In this document: one piece after another, positions 1-11,104 of the stretch
Position numbering within the stretch: the first letter of the stretch is position 1
Layout of the letters: every line of letters starts with the position of its first letter
Origin: an uncultured archaeon
Lineage (GTDB): Archaea; Asgardarchaeota; Lokiarchaeia; Sigyniarchaeales; SOKP01
NCBI GenBank assembly: GCA_964493385.1
Contig: CAZBNW010000001.1
Span: forward strand, 22,267 to 86,266
Length of the DNA stretch: 64,000 nucleotides
Direction of reading: 5' to 3'
The notes under the pieces: generated by a model
Told to the model about the DNA's origin: nothing
The model's input: only the letters and a program-made list of their open reading frames with translations
The model's database searches: none
Program-made: the position numbers and the translations under genes

Positions 1-41
1 AAGAAGAAGTCCAGGAGTTAAAAAAGAAGAAGATTCGAGAA

Positions 42-452
42 ATGGTTAAAAAGGAAGAACAAAAAACTAGCGAAATTTCAGAAAGAGAGAAAATTTTACA
101 ACAAATAATCGAATTCACAGACTGGTTAAACCAAAGGACTTATCTAAAAGGCGATTTTGAAAAAGTTGAAATGTGGATAAAAAATTTATATTCAATGATA
201 AGTCTTGCATCTAACCAGAAGGAAAAATTAGCTTTGTATAATGAGAAAAAGAAAATAATTGAAAAATACAAAGAAATTCCACCGAAATTCTTAGATGAGA
301 AAATAAGAATTGCTATAAATAAATTGATACATGGTGCAAAAAGAACAAATTCAGATAATTATCATATAAGGAAATTAAAAAGCAACCTTAAGGAAAAACT
401 AAAAGAAGCGGAGTATTACGATATATTAGATAAATTAATTAAGATATTATAA
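42..452 (+). CDS. hypothetical K/E-rich coiled-coil protein; may be 5'-partial
   Basis: 136-aa ORF. The same frame is stop-free from nt 3 to the first ATG, so the gene may begin upstream of the window. No recognisable motif. Confidence 0.35.
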   Translation: MVKKEEQKTSEISEREKILQQIIEFTDWLNQRTYLKGDFEKVEMWIKNLYSMISLASNQKEKLALYNEKKKIIEKYKEIPPKFLDEKIRIAINKLIHGAKRTNSDNYHIRKLKSNLKEKLKEAEYYDILDKLIKIL

Positions 453-538
453 AATTATAAGGAAATTTCAAAATACTTTTTATTTTATCGAGTTTTATAT
501 TTTCTATAGCAAAAATTAGACATCTCTTGAATTGATAA

Positions 539-1627
539 ATGCTTCTTATTTGCCCAATTGCCGGAACAGGACGGAGACTTCAGCCTTTTACTTATTCTAA
601 ACCCAAGGCATTTTTAAAAGTTGCTGGGAAACGTTTAATTGATCATGTATTAATTAAATTAAAAAATTCCTTTCCAAAAGGAACTAATATATGCTTTATT
701 GTTGGCTATAAAAAAAGACAGATAACCGAATACCTCAAAAAAAATCATTCAGATTATTTTAATATCCATTTTATAGAACAAAAACCATTAGGATATGAAG
801 CAGATGCACCATATTTTAGTGGTCTAGGAGATGCGATTTTATTAGCTAAAAATCTTGCCGGGAATGATGATTGTTTTATATTTTTGAGTGATAGATTTCC
901 TTTAGAAGACTATTCACAAATCTTATTGAACTTTCATCAAGATATTTGTGACGGTGTAATTAATGTTAAACAAGTAGATAATCCCCAATTTTATGGAGTA
1001 ATTGAATTGGATGAAAATGGAATCGTTAAAAATATTGTTGAAAAGCCCGAAAAACCTAAATCCAAATATGCTGTATCTGGAGCCTATTTATTTGGAATGA
1101 GTATTACACCACGTTTATTTGAGTTATTAACAGAACAAAGTAAAATCCCATTAGAAAGTGGTCAAGAACATGCCATTACACCAGTTATTCAACGCCTAAT
1201 TGAAGAAGGTTTTAAATTAAAAATCAATGAAATGAAAAAAGATATATTGGATTTTGGCCGGCCTGAAAGTTTAATAGCTGGTAATCGTCTATTATTAGCA
1301 GAAGTTAAAATACAAGATCCAACATATGAGAAATATTTTCAATCTGGTAATATAATCGATTCAAAAATCGTTCCTCCTGTGTTTATTGGAGAAAATACTA
1401 AGATATCTGATTCAGTTATAGGTCCAAATGTTTCCATTGGAGATAACGTGGTTTTGGAAAAATGTATTTTATCTGAATCTGTTATTGGTGATGGAGCAAA
1501 TCTAAAAAAGATAATTTCTTCAGAAAGTATTGTAGGGGATTATTCAATTTTAGAGGATTTAATTAAGAAAAGTATTACAATAGGGGATTCCTCTTACATA
1601 ACTACTTCTAATATGAAATCTTTTTAG
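539..1627 (+). CDS. sugar-1-phosphate nucleotidyltransferase with C-terminal left-handed beta-helix
   Basis: N-terminal PIAGTGRRLQPFTYSKPKAFLKV matches the GxGxRLxPxT..PK NTP-transferase signature. The C-terminus has hexapeptide-like I/V-G-D/E-N repeats. An in-frame stop lies immediately upstream of the ATG. Confidence 0.7.
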   Translation: MLLICPIAGTGRRLQPFTYSKPKAFLKVAGKRLIDHVLIKLKNSFPKGTNICFIVGYKKRQITEYLKKNHSDYFNIHFIEQKPLGYEADAPYFSGLGDAILLAKNLAGNDDCFIFLSDRFPLEDYSQILLNFHQDICDGVINVKQVDNPQFYGVIELDENGIVKNIVEKPEKPKSKYAVSGAYLFGMSITPRLFELLTEQSKIPLESGQEHAITPVIQRLIEEGFKLKINEMKKDILDFGRPESLIAGNRLLLAEVKIQDPTYEKYFQSGNIIDSKIVPPVFIGENTKISDSVIGPNVSIGDNVVLEKCILSESVIGDGANLKKIISSESIVGDYSILEDLIKKSITIGDSSYITTSNMKSF

Positions 1628-1663
1628 ATTTAAAAAAAAAAGAAAGTAAATTAATAAATATAA

Positions 1664-3100
1664 TTAACTAAAGTTTGGTCTTTTATCTTGCCAAGGAGCA
1701 ATTTCTTCGAAAGCTTTTGACACTTGAAGTACAGTTTTCTCATCATATAAGCGACCAATGATTTGCATTCCAATAGGCAGGCCCTGATTTGTCCAGCCAC
1801 ATGGAATTGAAGCTGCTGGTGAACCAGTCATGTTAAAGGGATATGCATAAGACATCCAACTAGTAATGTTTAAAGCTTTTCTCTTAATAATGGGAAATAT
1901 TGTACCATGTTGTCCCATTTTAGCTTCAAAAGCATATATTGGCGTTGTAGGTGTAATTAGAATATCATACTCTTTGAAATATTTATAAAATGCTTCACAA
2001 ACTTCTTTCCTTATAGCTACAGCTTTCCCAATATCTAGTATACTTAATGATAAACCATAAGTGATCTCACTAACTAAATCTGGACTTAAAATTTCAGGTC
2101 TATTTTCAAACTCTTTTTTCAAATCGTTGGCATAACCACTACATACTAATTGATTGAATGCATGTTCTGGTTTCTTAAATTTAATTTTTGCGTTTTCTAT
2201 ATTCCAATTGAATTGTTCAAATTTTTGAGCTGCGTCAAGTACGTTCTTTTCAACTTCATCTTCAAAAGATTTAAAAAATCCTAAAGTCATTGAAATACCA
2301 ATGTTTAGCTTTTTAGGTTGTTCTTCAATATTTTCAATATAATCTATACCATTATCAGGAAAGGTATTTTTATCAAATAGATGATATCCTTTCATTACAT
2401 CTAGCATTAAAGCTGAGTCTTTAACATATCTGGTGATTGGTCCATAATGATCCAATGTCCAAAAAGCTATACCTATTGATGGATAACGAGGGATACGTCC
2501 AAAAGTAGGTTTTAAACCATAAACTCCACATAAACTACTAGGAACTCGAATTGAACCACCCCCATCAGAACCTAAGGCTAAAGGTCCTAACCCGCTAGCC
2601 ACAGCTGCTGCAGCCCCTCCACTAGAACCTCCAGAATTTTTATCTAAATCCCAAGGATTGTTAGTTGGTCCAAAAATTAAATTGTTAGTAAGAGCAATAT
2701 GACCAAAGTCAGGTGTGTTTGTTTTCCCAATTAAAACACATCCCGCTTCCTTTAATCTCTGAACTGCAATATCATCTTCTTCGGGGATGAAACCTTCATA
2801 TAATTTAGAACCATAAGTAGTTTTTATTCCTTTAGTTTGCATTAAATCTTTAATACTTGTAGGTATTCCATGTAATAATCCTAATTTCTCACCTTTTTTA
2901 ATTGCCTTATCTGCTTTATGTGCCATTTCCCTGGCTACTTCGAACGTAGTTGTACAATACGCGTTTAATTTCGGATTTATTTTTTCAATTCTTTCGATTA
3001 TTATTTCAGTTATTTCCTGCGAAGTAAGTTCTTGAGTCTTGATTTTATCCCTCATTTCGCAAGCAGACATAAAACATATATCTTCTTTATTCATTTTCAA
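1664..3100 (-). CDS. amidase-signature family amidase (GatA-like fold)
   Basis: GGSSGGAAAAVA Gly/Ser-rich amidase signature, plus GKTNTPDFG and KDLMQTKGIKTTYGS. No gatB/gatC is adjacent, so this is called as a generic amidase. Confidence 0.8.
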   Translation of the reverse strand: MKMNKEDICFMSACEMRDKIKTQELTSQEITEIIIERIEKINPKLNAYCTTTFEVAREMAHKADKAIKKGEKLGLLHGIPTSIKDLMQTKGIKTTYGSKLYEGFIPEEDDIAVQRLKEAGCVLIGKTNTPDFGHIALTNNLIFGPTNNPWDLDKNSGGSSGGAAAAVASGLGPLALGSDGGGSIRVPSSLCGVYGLKPTFGRIPRYPSIGIAFWTLDHYGPITRYVKDSALMLDVMKGYHLFDKNTFPDNGIDYIENIEEQPKKLNIGISMTLGFFKSFEDEVEKNVLDAAQKFEQFNWNIENAKIKFKKPEHAFNQLVCSGYANDLKKEFENRPEILSPDLVSEITYGLSLSILDIGKAVAIRKEVCEAFYKYFKEYDILITPTTPIYAFEAKMGQHGTIFPIIKRKALNITSWMSYAYPFNMTGSPAASIPCGWTNQGLPIGMQIIGRLYDEKTVLQVSKAFEEIAPWQDKRPNFS

Positions 3101-3217
3101 TCTTAAGATTAAGTTTTTTTGAATAGTTTTGAATGATTTAGAATATGCATTTATTCCTTATAAAAAGAAATCATTTTACTTTAATTTTGAAAATTAGAAC
3201 TAAAAAGTAAATTAAAA

Positions 3218-4735
3218 CTAAAGCGAAGTTTTAACTGTAGGTTGAATAGATTTAGAAAAAAGATTTTTTGCATTTTCTAAGGATCCATTATAAATAATTT
3301 TGCTTTTGACCATTTCTTTAGGAGGGTATTTTATACCTGGAGGATATGAACTATCTTTCCACCCTCCTAAGGCTGTGCTAATATTGGCTTGCATAGGTTC
3401 AGAATTTATATACAAACTACCTGCTTGTAATTCAGTAGAAAGCCTTTCTATATGTTCGGGTGGAGTGTAAACAACAGCTCTCATGCCATAATTAGAATGA
3501 TTCGCAAGAAAGATCGCATCATCAAGGTTTTTTGCTTTCGTAATACTTCTTACAGGGCCAAATGCTTCTTCACGCCATAAAAAAGGGGCTTTATCAAAAT
3601 CAAGTATATTTTCTCTAGGAATCTCTACTAAAGTTGGTTTATAAAATAGCCCATAACTTTTTCCCGTATCAATTTTTTCAGCACCACATAAAATTTTAAC
3701 ACCTTTATGTTTAATAGCTTGTCCAACCATAACCTCCATCATCATTAATATTCGTCGAGAACCAAGAGGTCCTAAGTCCGTTGCGGGATCTCGAGGATCA
3801 CCCATTTTTAACTTTTCAATCTCTTTTAATAGTAATTCAACATATTCATCATAAATATCTTGGTGTACGATTATCCTTTTCATTGAGAAGCATTGTTGTC
3901 CTGAATTCGTGTAGGATGCTATTATATTCCATTTAGCGACCAATTCTAAATTTACACCTGGCATTACTATTCCTGCATCATTACCCGCGCATTCAAACAC
4001 AAAATTTTTAAAAGGTTGGGTTATCATATTAACGCCTAAATACTTTTGAGTATTTTTTTTTAAAAAGTCTGCATAATCAATTAATATCTGCTTAGCAGTA
4101 TGGGAAGCCGCTACACAAACAATGTTTTTAACTAAATTTGACTCAATAAATATTTTAGTTGCAAAATTACCTGGACTAATAACTAAATCATAAGCATCAT
4201 TAAAGGGAAAATCACTCTCTTTGATTCTGTCAATGCAATATTTCATTGTTAAAGGGCATGCTGTAGAAGGTTTTATTATAGCAGGATTCCCCGTCATAAA
4301 ACTTGCTCCCCAGTAGTACATTGGGAGACTCATTGGTGTATTACGAGGAGTTATGCCAATAGTTAATCCCATTGGTTGATACTTTAATAGAGATATTTGA
4401 CCGCTTTCTAAATCACGCTGCTCCTTATCCTGTACTAAATCAATAAACCAGTCAACATAACTATAACCTTTTTCAATTATAGAGAATTCCCATTCAGAGT
4501 ACTTAATGGGAAGTCCACCTTCATCAACTATTATGTCTTTAATTTTTTTCTTGTTTTTTACCAAAACAGAAGCAATATCCTTTATAACATCAATTCTATC
4601 TTCCATTGTGGTATTCAAAAGTTTATATTCCCATTGAGCTGTTCTTTTTATTTTTTGATTTATAGTTTCTACTGTATCAGCTTCAAGGGAATCTATAACT
4701 TCTCCAGTATATTTATTTAAAATATCCAATTTCAT
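3218..4735 (-). CDS. aldehyde dehydrogenase family protein
   Basis: 505 aa. ALDH-like motifs FECAGNDAGIV, GQQCFSMKR (catalytic Cys region) and EEAFGPV. Confidence 0.7.
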   Translation of the reverse strand: MKLDILNKYTGEVIDSLEADTVETINQKIKRTAQWEYKLLNTTMEDRIDVIKDIASVLVKNKKKIKDIIVDEGGLPIKYSEWEFSIIEKGYSYVDWFIDLVQDKEQRDLESGQISLLKYQPMGLTIGITPRNTPMSLPMYYWGASFMTGNPAIIKPSTACPLTMKYCIDRIKESDFPFNDAYDLVISPGNFATKIFIESNLVKNIVCVAASHTAKQILIDYADFLKKNTQKYLGVNMITQPFKNFVFECAGNDAGIVMPGVNLELVAKWNIIASYTNSGQQCFSMKRIIVHQDIYDEYVELLLKEIEKLKMGDPRDPATDLGPLGSRRILMMMEVMVGQAIKHKGVKILCGAEKIDTGKSYGLFYKPTLVEIPRENILDFDKAPFLWREEAFGPVRSITKAKNLDDAIFLANHSNYGMRAVVYTPPEHIERLSTELQAGSLYINSEPMQANISTALGGWKDSSYPPGIKYPPKEMVKSKIIYNGSLENAKNLFSKSIQPTVKTSL

Positions 4736-4760
4736 TTTAACATCCCAACTCTTTTTTTTT

Positions 4761-5795
4761 TTAACTTTTATTATTAAGTTTAATAAAATCCTTATACCAT
4801 TTAATGGTCTGCTCTAATCCTTCTCTTAGCGGTGTGATTTTATACCCTAATTTCTCAATCGCTTTTTTTGAGGAATATACCCAGTTGTAATCAATCATTT
4901 TAACAGTAGCCCGATTAATATAAGGTCCAAAGATTATTCTAGGATTCATATTGATAAAAGGCGCTTTTTTGGTTATTTTTGTTTTTAATTCACATAACCA
5001 ACCATACATTAAAGCTATACTCATTGGAAAATGTCGTGGTTTTCTCTTTTTTCCTACAATTTCAGCAATTAAATCAAGCCAGTCACTAAATTTTGTATTG
5101 ACTCCTCCAAGAATGAATTCTTCACCCTTTAAGTCGTTCTTATCAATTGCACTTATAAGTCCATCCACAACATCATTTAAATATACAAAATTACCGATAG
5201 TTTCTCCTTTACCGGGGCATCCCAAATATTTCTTTGCTGTTAAATATAAAATAATTTGACCAAAAATATTGAAATCTCCAGGACCATAAGTAATTCCCGG
5301 ATAAAATATTGTAGCATTAAGCCCTTTTTCAATAAGTTTTTTTATTATTCTTTTCGCATGAAACTTAGTTTTAGCATATTCTAAAAATAATCCCTCTTCA
5401 CTTTCATGAGTTTCATCCACAGGAGTAGGGGGAGTTCCTCCCAGAGCAATAAAAGAACTAATATAAATTAGTCTTTTATCATTATCTAAAACTACCTTCG
5501 CTATATTTTCTGTACCTATTATATTTACGTCATTATATATGGATTTATCTCTTGACCACATTTTAGTATATGCTGCAAGGTGGAATATTATTTCAATGCC
5601 ATCTACGGCTTGATATAAACTATCAATATCTCGAACATCTCCAATGACATATTCAACATTTTTTAAATTTTGGAAAGGTTCAATATTACTACTCTCTCTA
5701 ATTAATAACTTTAAGTTATGTCCTAAACTGTGTAACTTTTTTACTAAAGGAACTCCTAAAAAACCCGTACCACCAGTTATTAATATATTTACCAT
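4761..5795 (-). CDS. NAD-dependent epimerase/dehydratase (extended SDR)
   Basis: N-terminal ILITGGTGFLG Rossmann motif and YAKTK catalytic YxxxK. Confidence 0.8.
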   Translation of the reverse strand: MVNILITGGTGFLGVPLVKKLHSLGHNLKLLIRESSNIEPFQNLKNVEYVIGDVRDIDSLYQAVDGIEIIFHLAAYTKMWSRDKSIYNDVNIIGTENIAKVVLDNDKRLIYISSFIALGGTPPTPVDETHESEEGLFLEYAKTKFHAKRIIKKLIEKGLNATIFYPGITYGPGDFNIFGQIILYLTAKKYLGCPGKGETIGNFVYLNDVVDGLISAIDKNDLKGEEFILGGVNTKFSDWLDLIAEIVGKKRKPRHFPMSIALMYGWLCELKTKITKKAPFINMNPRIIFGPYINRATVKMIDYNWVYSSKKAIEKLGYKITPLREGLEQTIKWYKDFIKLNNKS

Positions 5796-6022
5796 GACTA
5801 AAATGCTAAAAGATTAGAAAGAAATGTTAAAATATTAAAAAGTTACATCGTATTAAAGGTAGATCTTAGGGATATTTAGATTTTACATCTTTTGATATTA
5901 GGAATCCTCGGAATAAATGATAATATATTTCCTTATCAATTTCAGAAGGCATTTATTAAAGAACTTCAATTATTATACTTTAGATCTTCCAAAGTTTTAA
6001 TTAAAAGATTAATGATTATAAA

Positions 6023-6580
6023 TTGAAAAAGAAACTAAAGAATTTTGATAAATTTTATTCGCAATTAGATTTACCCTTTTTGGAGACAGATAATGAATTT
6101 TTAAAAGAGATATTTCAAACACTTGAACTTAAATTCGGGTTAAAAAGAAATTCTAATCAAAAATTAATTGATTTAGGAGCAGGAAATGGAAGTATTGTTA
6201 TTTTTTCAGCTTTATATTACTGTATTAAATCATATGGCATTGAACTTGATCAATCTTTGATGAAAGAAGCAAAAGAACGCATAAAATCATTGAAAAAAAA
6301 CGGAAATTTCAAAAATAGAATATTTAGAAAAATTAAGATTAAATTGGGAGATTTTTATCTTCAAAATTTAAAAAAATATGATTTTATTTATATATATTCT
6401 TACCCTCCTATGCAAAAATATCTTAAACATATATTTAACACGGCAAAAAGAGGAGCAGTTATTATCTCTCACAAATATCAACTCAATGATTTCAATTCTC
6501 TTTTAAAATATGAATACAGATTAACCCATAAAAAAAATAAACAGGAAATTTTCACTTTTCTTTATAGGAAAATTTCATAA
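6023..6580 (+). CDS. class I SAM-dependent methyltransferase
   Basis: LIDLGAGNGSIVI motif I (GxGxG). TTG start. Confidence 0.55.
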   Translation: MKKKLKNFDKFYSQLDLPFLETDNEFLKEIFQTLELKFGLKRNSNQKLIDLGAGNGSIVIFSALYYCIKSYGIELDQSLMKEAKERIKSLKKNGNFKNRIFRKIKIKLGDFYLQNLKKYDFIYIYSYPPMQKYLKHIFNTAKRGAVIISHKYQLNDFNSLLKYEYRLTHKKNKQEIFTFLYRKIS

Positions 6581-6743
6581 ATAGAAAGAATTATAAGTGA
6601 GAATATCACTTTAATGCTATTGTTAAACATATATTATATTACTTTATTAGATCAAAAAATATAATTATAAATAAAATCAAAATAAATTTATATATAATTT
6701 TGAAATTGAACTACCTATTAATAAAAATTGGCTGATATAACTA

Positions 6744-7445
6744 ATGGTGTTAATTTTTGAAGGTTGGTTAGATGGATTAACTGCTTCCCTTATAGTTTTT
6801 TCCTCAGTGATTTTTGGATTATATTCTTTTTATAAATCAATAAAATTAAAAGCAAAACTACTTTCTATAGCGGGTATAGTCATGATTTTCGTTGGTTTCT
6901 TATGGCTTGGACCAACTGTTGATTTTTTCTTAAAATTAATATGGAACACTAATATTGACCCGAGACATTTTTACGTTCTTTTAAGTTATACATGGGTAGC
7001 GCCAGCATTGTTTTTTTCGATGTATCTAGGTGGTGAACTTTTAATACCTAAATATAAATGGTTACTTGTAATAATTTTTTTATTTCTAGGAGAAATTTTT
7101 GAATTATTTCTTTGGATTCAGCCATATCAATCATTTGATCACATTGATGTTCTAATAACAGATGGTTTAATTGATGCAAGTTTTAACAGAGGCCATCCTA
7201 CTTTTATTATGGTGGCTGTATTTTTAGTGTCTGCGTTAATCTTCTTAGGGATAGGAAGTGTTGTAAAAGCAAAACAAGCAACAGGTTTATTGAGGAAAAA
7301 GTTTACTTATTTATCGATTGGTTTCATCATTTTTGTTGTATGTGGAGCCTTAGATTCAATTATCACGACACCTTGGACTATTGGGGTCATAAGAGTTGTA
7401 ATGGCTACATTCGCCGTCTGGATGTACCTAGGTTTAAAGACTTAA
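6744..7445 (+). CDS. polytopic membrane protein, function unknown
   Basis: 233 aa with about 7 hydrophobic helices. Confidence 0.45.
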   Translation: MVLIFEGWLDGLTASLIVFSSVIFGLYSFYKSIKLKAKLLSIAGIVMIFVGFLWLGPTVDFFLKLIWNTNIDPRHFYVLLSYTWVAPALFFSMYLGGELLIPKYKWLLVIIFLFLGEIFELFLWIQPYQSFDHIDVLITDGLIDASFNRGHPTFIMVAVFLVSALIFLGIGSVVKAKQATGLLRKKFTYLSIGFIIFVVCGALDSIITTPWTIGVIRVVMATFAVWMYLGLKT

Positions 7446-7523
7446 AAGCAAATTAAACTAAATAATTTATTTTTTTTAAATTTTTTTTTTAGGAATAAAG
7501 ATTTTTTTTATCATAAAATAATT

Positions 7524-7955
7524 TCAATATCTCTCAATAATAGGGTATACTTTATTAATTTGGATTAAGACTTCTTTTAAATACATTTTCATGAAATATC
7601 GTTGATTATTACAAAAATCAAGTTTCTGTATGTTAGTTAAATCTGGACAATTAGATAAAATCGAGTGGATATCATTTGAAATGGCAAGGTATTCATTTTT
7701 AGAGTCGTTTAAGTTAAATTCCAAGTTGCTGATATTGTCATTATTAATTTTATTAAGAGAATGTTCTTTATTCTCAATAAAATTTTCAACTGGAAAATTC
7801 TTTTTATATTCACTGAGAGATTCAATTAATAAATCTGAAATATAATTAAAAGATTCTTTTGAGTTTATGTGGTTAAATAGCTCCGAGACAAGTTTAGAAA
7901 TTACATTATTATCTAATTTTTGAAACTCGCCCTTATTGAAAATATTTGTTTTCAT
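7524..7955 (-). CDS. hypothetical protein
   Basis: 143-aa ORF, N/S/E-rich, with no recognisable motif. Confidence 0.3.
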   Translation of the reverse strand: MKTNIFNKGEFQKLDNNVISKLVSELFNHINSKESFNYISDLLIESLSEYKKNFPVENFIENKEHSLNKINNDNISNLEFNLNDSKNEYLAISNDIHSILSNCPDLTNIQKLDFCNNQRYFMKMYLKEVLIQINKVYPIIERY

Positions 7956-8255
7956 TTCACTTGGATTTTTCTCTATCGAAATTTCGGAGTAGTTTTTATC
8001 AACAAAGCCTTTTGAAATTATATTTCATCTCAGAGAGAATTCAATTTGATATTAGTAAAATCATTTCAATATTTAAAAAAAAAGCCTCTCTGAATTTAGT
8101 GGAAATTTGAATACTTGTGTGTAAGAGAGCGTCAATAGTAAAAAAAGGATGAGAGAACTATGTAAGTAAAAAATAAATATTTATAAATTTCAAGAGCAAA
8201 TTATTTTTAATTCTAAACAAAAATGTAATATTTTTTATGAAAATAGTGAATTTTC

Positions 8256-9656
8256 ATGACTAAAGAAAGAAAAGATGAAGAAGATGAATATTCCTTAAAA
8301 AAAGCAGTGTTGTATAGTTTTGGTGGTTTTACAGATGTCATTTTTTTTCAATTCTTTACTTTTTTAATCTTTACTTTCTACTATTCCGTTGTTTCATTAA
8401 ATGTAACTCTAATTACAGTTGCTTTCATAATTTGGTCTGTTTGGAATGCCATTAATGATCCACTTTTAGGATCATTGTCAGACCGTACTAGCTCAAAATG
8501 GGGCCGTAGAAAACCATTCATTATTGCAGGATTTATCCCACTTCTTATCATAAATGTGTTACTTTGGACACCTCCTAGAGGTGATGATATCGCTACCTTT
8601 GTTTATTTTTTAATAATTATTATCCTATGGGAATTTTTTTATACAATGTACTCAGTAAATCAAACATCTTTGTTTCCCGAAATGTTTCGAGATTTAGATC
8701 AAAGAACCAAAGCAAATACCTCAGTACAATTCTTCCAAGTTATTTCTCTTCTAATTGCGTTTATTTTACCAGGTATTTTCATTCCAAAATTTGATGATCC
8801 TCAATATTTTGCTGAATTTAGTCTTGCTGCGATTGTTATTTCAATTATATGTAATATTTCAGGATTTATTTTTATAATATTTGGATTAAAAGAAAGAGTT
8901 GAATTTTCTAAGGATCCTGAGAGTGCTCCCTCATTCTTTAATTCATTGAAGTATACATTCCGAAATAAATCATTTAGATTTTATATTGTGGGTAGTTTCG
9001 CTCTCTGGTATTCATTCGGTATACTTCCTACAATATTTCCACTTTATGGTGATTTTGTTCTGGGTGTTCCAGATGCTTTTATTCAGTCATTAATGCTTGG
9101 AACTGGTTTTGTTGCGGCTATGATTTTTGTATTTCCTTGGCGAATCATCGTTAGCAAACTTGGAGCCAAAAAATCATACATTTTATCATTAATAGTGTTT
9201 ATTGCGACATTATCACCATTTATGTTCATTTCAAATGAAATATCTGGATTTATTAGTCTTTTAATCTGGGGCTTTGGATTAGCAGGCGTTTTGATTGTTA
9301 GAGATATTACTATTTCAGCTATAATTGATGAAGATGAATTGAATACCGGGATTCGAAGAGATGCTGGATTCTATGGAATAATTGGATTTGTAATAAAACT
9401 AACTAATGTGTTAATTTATATAACAATAGCGTTAGTCTTTATTGGAACTGATTGGGCTATTTTTGACCCTAGTACGATCACTACAGAGAATATTTTCGGT
9501 TTACGCAGCTTAATGTTTATTTTTCCTACAATATTCCTGCTTTTAGGGATTTTAAGTATGATCTTCTTTCCAATAAATAAAAAAAAATACGATGAACTAA
9601 CTGAACAGGCGAGAAAATTACATTCAGAAAAAAAAGAAAGAGTTATAACTGCTTAA
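8256..9656 (+). CDS. MFS transporter, glycoside-pentoside-hexuronide (GPH) cation symporter-like
   Basis: About 12 TM segments. LGSLSDRTSSKWGRRKPFI matches the GPH/MelB loop 2-3 signature (D-R-T..-GRRKP). Confidence 0.7.
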   Translation: MTKERKDEEDEYSLKKAVLYSFGGFTDVIFFQFFTFLIFTFYYSVVSLNVTLITVAFIIWSVWNAINDPLLGSLSDRTSSKWGRRKPFIIAGFIPLLIINVLLWTPPRGDDIATFVYFLIIIILWEFFYTMYSVNQTSLFPEMFRDLDQRTKANTSVQFFQVISLLIAFILPGIFIPKFDDPQYFAEFSLAAIVISIICNISGFIFIIFGLKERVEFSKDPESAPSFFNSLKYTFRNKSFRFYIVGSFALWYSFGILPTIFPLYGDFVLGVPDAFIQSLMLGTGFVAAMIFVFPWRIIVSKLGAKKSYILSLIVFIATLSPFMFISNEISGFISLLIWGFGLAGVLIVRDITISAIIDEDELNTGIRRDAGFYGIIGFVIKLTNVLIYITIALVFIGTDWAIFDPSTITTENIFGLRSLMFIFPTIFLLLGILSMIFFPINKKKYDELTEQARKLHSEKKERVITA

Positions 9657-9690
9657 TTTCAATTAGTATCCTTAAATAAAGTCCTTTTTT

Positions 9691-10716
9691 TTAAATATAT
9701 TGGTAAAATTCAGGTGGATTAAGTTCTTTGAATTCGTCGGTTTTCGAGATTAGATGTTTTCTAATATCGAAACAAGCATGACATTTTGAAACATAACCTT
9801 CCTTTTTTTCTCTGTAACCAAATTTCTCAAATGCAAATTTATAGAGATCTTCTAATTTTCCTTCAATTAAAGCTCGTAAAATTGGATATTCATCAATATT
9901 AATTCCTTCATTACAAAGTGGATCCAAATTTCTGATATTACCCCAAGAAAGCCCTCCACAGTATCCGGGCATATAATTTCCATAATTATCAAAATGACAA
10001 TGCCAATTCCGTACCAACTCTGTATGACAATTATCATTAAAAAAGTAATTGATAGGATATTTTTTGTATAAATTTTGAAGGGTGTAGATTGCTCGTCCCA
10101 TTTTAAATAGCTCTACATTTCTTTTCAAATCGTCCATACTAATTAATTGGAGGTAATTCTCAAGTGGAAGTTTTTCTTTAATATTAAGTTCCTTAAATTG
10201 ACCAAAATAATAGAGTTGATAAATCATAAAGTTTTCTCGGAATACTTCCATACTTATTCTAATTGCTCTTTCAGTACGTTCAAAGGGTACAAATTCTAGG
10301 ATAAAAGGATTTACGCTAATTAGTATACCATTTAATCCTTTTCGTTTTAATTCAACTAGCCTCTCTCTTGTAATAGTATCATTTTTACACCAGTAGCAAT
10401 TTGTTTCCACAAAGGTTGATGGGATATTTAAAGCATTGCTTATTTCTACTGTCTTTAATAAGATATCGTAATTTAGAAATGGCTCTCCACCAGTAAAATG
10501 AATTCCATAATTGAGACTTACATTTTCGGGACCATATGGAGATTCTTGGATTGTATATGATAATTGAGTCAAAATTTCTTCCAAATCTTTTTCACTGATC
10601 CAATCACCGCTCCACTTGGGTGATCCGAAATACATACAATGTTTACACTCACCACTACACTTATAAGAGAGGATTAAACCTCCAGAATTAGGAGTAGGAA
10701 TGCGAAATTTTTTCAT
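9691..10716 (-). CDS. radical SAM protein with Cys-rich C-terminal region
   Basis: CSGECKHC is a CxxxCxxC cluster near the N-terminus, with a GGEPF motif. Extra Cys clusters (HCHFD..GYCGG, KCHAC) suggest auxiliary clusters. Confidence 0.7.
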   Translation of the reverse strand: MKKFRIPTPNSGGLILSYKCSGECKHCMYFGSPKWSGDWISEKDLEEILTQLSYTIQESPYGPENVSLNYGIHFTGGEPFLNYDILLKTVEISNALNIPSTFVETNCYWCKNDTITRERLVELKRKGLNGILISVNPFILEFVPFERTERAIRISMEVFRENFMIYQLYYFGQFKELNIKEKLPLENYLQLISMDDLKRNVELFKMGRAIYTLQNLYKKYPINYFFNDNCHTELVRNWHCHFDNYGNYMPGYCGGLSWGNIRNLDPLCNEGINIDEYPILRALIEGKLEDLYKFAFEKFGYREKKEGYVSKCHACFDIRKHLISKTDEFKELNPPEFYQYI

Positions 10717-10844
10717 TGTGTTAAAAATAATTCATTTAGATTAAAATAAATCAGCTATATTTTGTTTGTCTCCATACTTTATTTATATTATTTTTTAACT
10801 GAAAGTTTAAAATATTTAACACATTACATTTTAAAAAATATAAA

Positions 10845-10849
10845 GAGGT
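10845..10849 (+). promoter_or_regulatory. Shine-Dalgarno-like GAGGT upstream of the tautomerase ATG
   Basis: The sequence aaaGAGGTataaatctATG places GAGGT 8 nt before the ATG at 10858. Confidence 0.35.
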
Positions 10850-10857
10850 ATAAATCT

Positions 10858-11052
10858 ATGCCAAATATTACTATAGATGGACCCAAACTCGAAAATTTAG
10901 AAGCAAAGCGAATGTTAATCAAAGAAATTACTGATGCTATCGAAAAAGCTTATAAACTTCCAAGAGAACATACTGTAATTTTGATTAAAGAAAATTCACC
11001 TGAAAATGTAGGTATTGGTGGAATGCTAATTTCTGATAGAAGAAGAGGTTAA
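10858..11052 (+). CDS. 4-oxalocrotonate tautomerase family protein
   Basis: MPNITIDGP...: an N-terminal Met-Pro (catalytic Pro1) followed by about 60 aa of beta-alpha-beta is typical of the family. The track ORF from 10762 adds an implausible hydrophobic leader. Confidence 0.6.
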   Translation: MPNITIDGPKLENLEAKRMLIKEITDAIEKAYKLPREHTVILIKENSPENVGIGGMLISDRRRG

Positions 11053-11104
11053 TTTACAAATAATAAAGAAAAAAGAAAAATAAATTGGTTATTTTAAAGA
11101 AAAC

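Noticed and set aside
10762-10857. The 32-aa N-terminal extension of the tautomerase ORF in the track.
   Set aside because: Tautomerase-family proteins require Pro1 directly after the initiator Met. An internal ATG with an upstream GAGGT fits, and the extension looks like translated promoter DNA.
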